Shown: piece after piece, positions 55,491-64,000 of the stretch
Position numbering within the stretch: position 1 is the stretch's first letter
Layout of the letters: every line of letters starts with the position of its first letter
Source: Octopus vulgaris
Taxonomy: Eukaryota
Length of the DNA stretch: 64,000 nt
NCBI GenBank assembly: GCA_951406725.2
Contig: OX597824.1
Coordinates: forward strand, 2,108,001 to 2,172,000
Direction of reading: 5' to 3'
The notes under the pieces: model-generated
Database searches by the model: none
Seen by the model: the letters and a program-made list of their open reading frames with translations, nothing else
What the model was told of the DNA's origin: nothing
Position numbers and translations under genes: made by a program

Positions 55491-56140
55491 TAGTATTCGG
55501 CGTGACTCAGGTTCGGTCTTATTCCTGGAAGGATTTGTGTGCGTAGTGGGTTACTTCCTGTAACCTTAGGTATCCACAAGTTTCCAGTTGTCTTTCAAGT
55601 GCTTAGAACCCCCCTGATAATCCTTGCTGTCCCTAAGAGACAAACGTTCCGTAAGAGCTCTACCGGGCATTCTATTTCAATCTCCAGCCATTTGTTATCA
55701 ATTTGGCTTCTGTTCCCAATTCACCAGTCATTATAAGCACAAACTTTACTCTTCGCATGCTCCAAATTCTTCCTATTTCAAATTTCAAGGGATTGTATTT
55801 TATTTTAAGTTTATTCCAGTTAGTTTATGATCCTAGAATCAAATGGACATGATGGGTGGATAAGTAAGCAACTTCACTTTTCCTGGTCTATAATCGTTTA
55901 GTGAGGTCTATTATTTTATAATTTTGTTTGTTTGTTTGAATAGGAAAATCCCATAAAAATCTTACATTCTTCCAACACCATTACTCTTTCGATTCGATGA
56001 GTGTTCCATGTGTTTCCAACTTCAAATCCCCAGTTTCTGGCAGTTTCCAGTGTAAAACCTTTACAACCTGATCATGCCTTCATTTCTTATATTTTTCCTG
56101 CGCCAACTTGGGGCATTTTTCCATAATGTGTGCCACTGTC
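55487..56140 (-). mobile_element. R4/Dong-clade LINE 3' fragment (CCHC end, RLE, 3'UTR)
   Basis: TVAHIMEKCPKLAQEKYKK*RHDQVVKVLHW...FLWDFPIQT...KYNPLKFEIGRIW...GELGT; ends in AATACTAATAAT, tail-to-tail with the SINE. Confidence 0.8.
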
Positions 56141-57095
56141 CCGTTCCAAGTTCCAAGTTCCAAAGTTAACAAGATGATGTAAAAATATAAGCTTAATGAC
56201 GAATATTAGATTAATAAAACAGAAAGCACCACACGTATTTCATTCTTTTTAGACTTCATCAATTTATATTTCTCACCCAGATATGCTTTTCTAACTGTCA
56301 TGTTTTTACTACTAGACTTGAAATATCTCGGAGTTTCCATTTAAAAAGCTAATGTAATTTCACTGCAAAAGAAGCAGAAAGATTTCGTAATAAATAATAG
56401 AATATTGAATAAGAAGAAAGAACATTTTTATGATTCCCTATACGTGTCTGAAAGAACAGTAATATTTCAGTCGACGTCAGCTGGAAAGTTTTCTAATGGA
56501 TTTCAACGACATATATCAATAATAAATATTCGATAGCAGTTTCTTTCTAATTTCTGCTCTCATACTAAGAAAACCTAAACAGAGAATTAAAATAATTTCT
56601 ATCTCCTTATTCAAAATTTTCCTTTTGCTCGGAGCAATATCAATCTTATAAATTTCAAAAAAATGTTAAAGCTCGAAAGATAGCAGCAGCGGTGTGCGCG
56701 TTAGTTTCTAGATTAAAAAGTTCATGGCCCAATGGTTAGGGTGTTAGCCTTATGACTATAAAGTGGTGAGATCTGACGTTGATTAATTTCACACTAGTCT
56801 AGTATACTCTATTATAGTATACTATATTATAATGCAGCCATTGTTTCGTTCAGTTTCTTCACGGATGTTTCATTTTGTAATTGAAAGAGAGAGGCAGTTC
56901 TGGGCCTACGTCTGTTCGTGGATACATACGCACCAAAACTAATTGGCGGAGACATGTTACGTGGCATGTATTAGCATGTATTACTAAGCAATTTTCGCAT
57001 GCGATGATAGCTCAATGGACTTTGTAATGCATCATGAGAAAGGATATATATATATATATATATATAAATATATATAAGTATGTATGTATGTAAAA

Positions 57096-57314
57096 GGCGG
57101 CGAGCTGGCAGACACGTAGCAAAATGCTTAGCGGTATTTCGCCTGTCGTTACGTTCTGAGTTCAAATTCCTCTGAGGTCGACTTTGCCTTTAAACTTTTC
57201 GGGGTCGATAAATAAAATACTAGTTTCGCACTGGGGTCGATGTAATCGACTTGATCCGTTTCTCTGTCCTTGTTTGTCCCCTCTATTTTTAGCCCCTTGT
57301 GGGTGATAAAGAAA
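57096..57314 (+). mobile_element. Full-length tRNA-derived SINE
   Basis: Same family as 4275-4505; (TA)n on both sides. Confidence 0.9.
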
Positions 57315-57679
57315 TATATATATATATAAATGTAAACAAACAAATATTTCTTCTTTTACTAGAAGTGTCGAAAATGTGTATTCTACGAAACAAATAAGGT
57401 GATAATTTTTCAAAAGCAGGGTTGAACAGTAGAAATACTGGCGTAAAATATCGTCAGCAACCAGCTATGGTACTCGAACCCATATCCTTCAAATACTCCG
57501 ACTGAGTGCTTTACGATGAAGCTACACAGCCGGGTGACAAATTCAGCACAGCATTTTGATGCTAAATACTTTAGAGTTATAGAACGACCATGTATGTATA
57601 AATGTAAGCACGCAAATATTTGTTCTTACACTAGAAGCGTCGAAAATAAGGTGTTTGCTTACTGTTATACACACATGGT

Positions 57680-57758
57680 TGACGATGATGATAATGATGA
57701 TGATGATGATGATGATGACGACGTCGACGACGACGATGATGATGAGGAGGAGGAGGAT
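57680..57758. repeat. (GAT/GAC/GAG)n trinucleotide repeat
   Basis: Direct reading; explains the poly-D/E ORF. Confidence 0.9.
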
Positions 57759-57896
57759 AATTTCTTTTATTTGCCACCAGAGCGAAGGAGGGGGGAGACA
57801 ATAGAAATACAGACGTTAAATGTGCTGATTTACAGAGAATGCGATGACAAAAAACGTGTGTGCCGAAAGTAATCACAACATACATACATACATACA

Positions 57897-57971
<75 letters not shown>

Positions 57972-58008
57972 TAACGAGAAAAGTAACGTGAGGACGTGCA
58001 CAAAAATG

Positions 58009-58067
<59 letters not shown>

Positions 58068-58074
58068 CATTCAC

Positions 58075-58520
58075 ATGGATCAAAAGAGTTTGATTCAAAT
58101 TCGAAACCACACCATGTGCCCTCTAGAAAGATCACGGGCCGTAGTATACAGAGCCACCCATACACCACCAGATGGCATTACTAGCTACTATATGGGTATG
58201 ACAGCTAATGACTTCAACGGAAGATACTCCCAGCATATGCACCCATTCAGATCCAGGCACAAAAAGAAATCGACGTTCCTGTTTCGTTTTCTCTGGAGAT
58301 TCGGTGTTCTGGGTGATGAAATCCCCAGTCTCAAATGGACTATTGTCGTCAGAGCGCCACCATATTCACCCGGTTCTCCCAACTGGCAGCTCTGCCTCCA
58401 CGAAAAACTGCGTATTCTGCAACAACTCGCATTATCCATCAACAAGGAATAGGATTTATCGTGTTGCTGTCACCAGAGATGTGCCCTTCTGGCAAATTTC
58501 AGGCCTCTGGCTGCCGACAA
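58075..58520 (+). pseudogene. PLE GIY-YIG endonuclease remnant (probably Naiad-type), 5'-truncated
   Basis: CPL...VVYRAT...[21 protein letters not shown]...ST..LW...[30 protein letters not shown]...INKE*DLSCCCHQRCALLANF; one in-frame TAG at 58450. Confidence 0.85.
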
Positions 58521-59057
58521 CCCGGATATACCACCTTACCACCATCAGGTACTCTACACCGCCTGCTCCAAAGGCTACCAACCAACCCCATCAGCAGCAT
58601 CACCATTTACCAATCCCCAACGTTTACCAAAGTCTATCGCTTACTAATGCCCAACGCTTAGTCTACGTGTGTATACTCACGCACGCGTGCCTGCGAATGC
58701 ACATGTGCTCGCGCATACGTGTGTGACGCATAATGGTATGCATGCGTACATGCATTCGAATATACATACGCATATATGAATTAGTGCGCATATCTGTATT
58801 CCTGTGTGTGTGTATGCATGTGTGCGTGTGCGCACGTATTTATTCACCCAAGCGTCTGCGTGTGTGAGTGTGTGTATGCAGATATGCGCGTGTGTGCACA
58901 GATACAAATGTGCACGCTCGCATCAATATAAACATGCACGCAACACTATATGAGTAGGTATACACGCCCACATATAGACATACGGCCCCTTTCACCTTCT
59001 CCCCACCAACTACCTGACCAATTTCCGTAATACATATATATAATATATATCTATAAG

Positions 59058-59230
<173 letters not shown>

Positions 59231-59572
59231 TTGCAAAGTTTGTTTGCCTGAGACCAGAATCATTTTATAACCGTTATACGATTCGGTTTATTTTCTGAGC
59301 ATAAATAGGGAAATATTTAATTTGCTGTTCTCATGAAAGGAAATTTGCTTTGACAAATCTTTTTTTTTTTCCTAGGCCAGAGAACAAAGAAGCATGGACA
59401 CTTGTACAACTGGCACTCTTCCGTCTGAGTCCTATGAGAAGTAACTCTCCTGTTCCTGCAGGATAATATATATTTCAACACATCTTCGATCCATGTTTCT
59501 TTTGATCAACACTGTACCGAAAAGGGACTATATATTTACCTCTGACATTAAAGAGGCAACGCGATTTCGGTT

Positions 59573-59637
59573 AACATGTCTGAAGAGTCATAGATTCTGC
59601 CAAGTACAATAGACAGCGCGAAACCTTCGGTGATGTT
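59573..59637 (+). ncRNA. Degenerate type-I hammerhead motif
   Basis: AACATGT-CTGAAGA-GTC...GACAGCGC-GAAACCTTCGGT-GATGTT; stem III is the hairpin ACC-TTC-GGT; cleavage site and stem I are damaged. Confidence 0.5.
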
Positions 59638-59971
59638 CTGACCAGTTATAGGCCAAAATTTGATTAGTGAGTACCTATATATGAAGACACATATATAGGT
59701 TAATCAAGTAATATAAATTAGGCATAATTGATTTATTGGAATAATCGCTTGTAGAGATTGTCTCAATTATTTATAAGTGTCAGTAGGAAACACCTTCATA
59801 TGATATAGTAAGATAATCTTCAGAATCAAGAATTCCCTGGGTGCATGCGCACACGCACAAACACTCACAGGCATAAATATATATGTATATATATTTGATG
59901 CATGTATAGACATGTGTGCGCTTATATATATATATATACATACATACATACATACACACAGATATACACAT

Positions 59972-60005
<34 letters not shown>

Positions 60006-60012
60006 GTGTGTG

Positions 60013-60043
<31 letters not shown>

Positions 60044-60862
60044 AGATAGATAGATAGAGAGAGAGATAACTATAAGTGTATGTGTATTTGCCTCATTTTT
60101 TTGTGTCTCTAACATGAAAATGCCTATCTCTCTTTATTATAATTATATTTTCGCCCGTATGATTTCTTTATAAGAATCTGTCTACCTCTGAAAAGAAAAA
60201 ACCTCTTTTTGTTCAATTTTTGTAAAGTAATATTCGTCAGCCATTTTGTTTTATTTGCTACGACTTTCAAAAAATCTATGTCCAAAATGTATTTTGACTT
60301 GACAAATCGAAACAGATTGATATATTATGCGCAACCATTTTCCAACATATTCAGAGAATTTATAACTAATAACCATGGATGAAAATTTGTCCAATACAGC
60401 AATAAGATATTGTTTAAAAAATGGCGTAGAATTCCTTCAAATTATATCCCCAAATTTATGCGCACGTGCTCTCTTTTGTTACAATCTTCATTCTCGTTTA
60501 TTGCAACTATACCTTGTAATTCATAAGCAAGCCTATAATTCATTGTACATTTATATTGTGCTTTCAATTCTTAATAATATTTACAAAACGTTCTTATACA
60601 ATATAATCGATATTGGCAGGATATATATGCGTCCTTTTGGAAATAATAACCAGTATCTTAAATTCCAATTTTATTTTCATATTGCTCCATGTCGAAGCGA
60701 TTACAAGAAAAGCTGTGCAAAATGTTCCAGTTAGACTTAATAAGAAGTCATTGAAAATTGTTACGCCATTACAACCGACAATTTCTTGTATTTGCAGCAT
60801 CAAAATCGCTCAAGATTATGGTTCTTATATTTCCAGATTGGAAGAGCTCACTAACAGTTCAA

Positions 60863-60931
<69 letters not shown>

Positions 60932-61027
60932 CTTCTCTCTCTCTCCCTCTATTTATCTCTCTTTCCCTCTATCTGTGTCTCTCTCCTTCTCACCCTACAA
61001 CCACACATACGTATGTAGGAGTGTGTT

Positions 61028-61083
<56 letters not shown>

Positions 61084-61174
61084 CCAAAACCCAAACCAAA
61101 CACAAAAAGCACACAAAGAAGCATAAAATTATGTATATATGTGAATATATATAAATGCCTACATACATTTTATA

Positions 61175-61207
<33 letters not shown>

Positions 61208-61504
61208 CGTATATACAATGAATTAGTACTATAAACTTAATTATTAAAAATTATGCTTAATTCAAAAACTTATTGTATCTTCACCCCTTCCCCGACTAAA
61301 ATCTATTGGTGTATCCCAGTATAAGTTTTCCTTCTTTTATTATTTCTCCATCCTATACTCCTGTACAAAGGATTAATCTACGAAATACTATTTTAATATT
61401 AGTCATTGACGTAACGTCCCAAAGAGCTACACAGGCCAAATGGCATGATTACAACCATATCTAACTTTTCCTTTTTCTTCTCTAGGCACTTCTTTTTTAT
61501 TTAT

Positions 61505-61625
61505 CCTTCAATCTGATGAAGCTCCATCTTTCATATCGCTTTTGTTACCAAATATGATAAATATTTTTAGCTTATCAATGGCAATACCAAACTACATTGG
61601 AAGCAGAAACAGCTGTTAGATGGGA
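61505..61625 (+). ncRNA. Hammerhead motif with 86-nt stem II
   Basis: CTGATGA (61513-61519) ... GAAACAGCTGTT (61606-61617); stem II arms GCTCCA/TGGAAGC, TTGTTACCA/TGGCAATA and TGATAA/TTATCA; stem I imperfect. Confidence 0.6.
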
Positions 61626-62096
61626 TGCAAGCCTACATAAAGTGTGGACCAGTTAAAAATATTGAGTGCAGGTAATCATGTTGGCATTTGCCCGCTTCGT
61701 CAGGGAATGCGCGTCTTGACACACACGTGCATCCACCCGTGCAGAAATATACGTATACATAAATACGGGCATGCACGTATATATATATACACACGCGTAC
61801 ATGCATATGTACCCATAGATACCCACATGCATCAGTCCACGTGCACATGTACACATATCCATACTTATGCGCACAGACAAACAACCAAATAGACGCATAT
61901 ACATATCTGTGAGTCATTATTTAGATACACACACGTACACGTATGCACAAACATACGTACACACACATATACGCCAATATACACACACATGTATTCTCTT
62001 TTGTCTCATTAGTTATTCATTCAATCACGTTTTTCTAATCGATTACACACACACTCACACAGACACAGACACACACACACACACACACACACACAC

Positions 62097-62195
62097 AACG
62101 GTCTTCCTTCAGGTTTCGTCCATCAAATTCACTCACAAGGCTTTTATCTGACCCGGTTTATTGTAGAAGATACTAGCACGTGGTTATGCAACAAG
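62097..62195 (-). mobile_element. Degenerate 5' half of composite SINE
   Basis: GTTTCGTCCATCAAATTCACTCACAAGGCTTT...GTAGAAGATAC resembles the reverse complement of 31390-31469. Confidence 0.65.
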
Positions 62196-63882
62196 CTTCT
62201 CAATTTTAATCCCGCGGTGAGAAATAAAAAGCAAGCCAGATTTCATTGGTTGAATGTAAAAATGGTTCTGAAATTTGGAATCTGATTAAACATGTTCTTT
62301 ATGAACGCTAACGAAATTCTTAACATTGTATACACGTGTTAGAAAGATAGAAAATGGATAAAATGTTATAAATATGAAGGAAAATAAGGAAATAAATCTA
62401 AAATCTTAACAAACAATCAAGAAAAGCAAAGTCGTATTAAAACTATTGAAACAAATTTTTATCCGTAGTGCAAAGTTCGTTTAATGTTCCTGTTGTTGAT
62501 GTAATTCTGCTGTATCATGCCCATAATAATTGCATTATAAATTTTGCATTTAAATACTTAATATATGCCCTTTCATTTCTCAATGATCGTTTGAGCATCG
62601 GAAGCGTGAAGCTTTCTTTCTCTGTGAATAAGGTTAACAAAATTTATATCTTGCTCGTGGTAGGAACGTGGTTGATAACTTGACCAAGTGTTACTGCATG
62701 GGAATGAAATTGCGAGAAATCTCAAATAAAATGAATTCAGATTACTGCCTGCACTTATAGTCGTTCACATTCAGGAGTGATTTCTGATTATGTTGTATAT
62801 ATTTTTATATTAAGCTTGCATTGCAAATAAGTTTATTGATCTGATAAACCATTCAATTTTGATAATGTATTTGTGAAATAGAAATTTTCTTTTATTTATC
62901 TATTTATTCATTTTTTTATTTTTGTTAGATAACTTATTAACGTTTTGAAGGGTCTTCATTGCGTGGCCGAAATTTTCGACTATCATTTTCTCTCATAATT
63001 GACAACGAAATTTAATCTGATAATACCTTGCAATATTGTAGCATGTTATTAAAATAATTTTTGCTATTATTGTATTAGTTTAATTTTTTTCGTTTTAATG
63101 AAAGTTATAACAGAGAAGAAAAAGTTTTATTTGATAATTCTCTCAGCATATTAAGAGAAGACTATATTAATGTATTTTGTTTTTCTTAATAAAACGTGAA
63201 TATATGATTTTAGTATAATATGAATTCATGTGAAGATAATTGCACATTGAAAATCACTGTATTAGACAAGTAGTGTCATGAAATGATTCAGTTAATATTT
63301 TTGAACAATAGAGTGGTTTTACATATATCTCAAACACTACAGTTAGTTTACGGATGTTTGTGGACTCATTATTCTAGGGATGACTGCGAAGGGATAAAAT
63401 TTAAGGTTTTCACCGACGTTGCCATTGAAAAATACATGAAAATGATGTAATAACCAATTGATTTTTTTTCCAGTGATAAGACATACTATATTTCTTATTT
63501 ACCAGTTCTGTGCAATCGCCAGTGTTTGTGCCAATAGTCATTTCCATTTAAAATGTGTCCCAAATTTATGAGACAATCTGTATAAAACGAGGTTGTTTTT
63601 TTTCCGCCTATAACTGACTGATGTTAAACTTGATTGATGTTTACTGATCATGTTAAGGTGAAATATGTACGTGATACATTTGCCCTTTTCGCTTAAATAT
63701 AAAGTTATTGATCAGATCTTGCTCATCCAGTGACATGATTAAGTAGATTCCATATATTTTTAACACTGTAAATAATTAGAAATTTCAAGAAATAATACAA
63801 CATAAATGAAGAAAATAATTTCTTCCTTCTTTTTATAGTTATAATGTATTTGATCTGAACCACCGCTCACATATATACACAC

Positions 63883-63934
<52 letters not shown>

Positions 63935-64000
63935 ATATATGACCTGGCTCTCCGTCGGTTGCGACGGCGTGTATTTCCGGTGAATCGGCCAAATTAACGT

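Noticed and set aside
59376-59466. Candidate terminal exon after TTTTTTTCCTAG
   Set aside because: Short, unrecognised peptide lying within a probable PLE remnant upstream of the 59573 hammerhead motif.
59757-59830. Minus-strand GATT-CTGAAGA...GAGAC-AATC hammerhead-like arrangement
   Set aside because: Stem III is absent and GAAA is mutated.

Overview
AT-rich, microsatellite-dense eukaryotic non-coding DNA (intergenic or intronic). The SINE families and repeat density point to an octopus or other coleoid cephalopod, which is an inference from recognised repeat types. I found no intact host gene, tRNA, rRNA or CRISPR array, and most ORFs in the track are translations of simple repeats. The window is a mosaic of decayed mobile elements: tRNA-derived SINEs (Meta-core-like and CORE-like), mariner relics, R4/Dong-type, Tx1/L1-type and CR1-group LINE fragments, two zinc-knuckle gag-like elements with no adjacent RT, a non-autonomous Helitron, a TTAA-flanked MITE, and Penelope-like element (PLE) remnants including a GIY-YIG endonuclease. 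The most notable signal is a set of about nine type-I hammerhead ribozyme motifs. Two are nearly intact (50052-50156 +, 40733-40784 -), several have greatly extended stem II, and most have palindromic stem III. Other highlights are retroelements partitioned among different microsatellites, SINE/LINE 3'-tail partnerships, and an inverted copy of nearby sequence inserted into a SINE. Coordinates and alignments were read by eye and boundaries of decayed elements are approximate.
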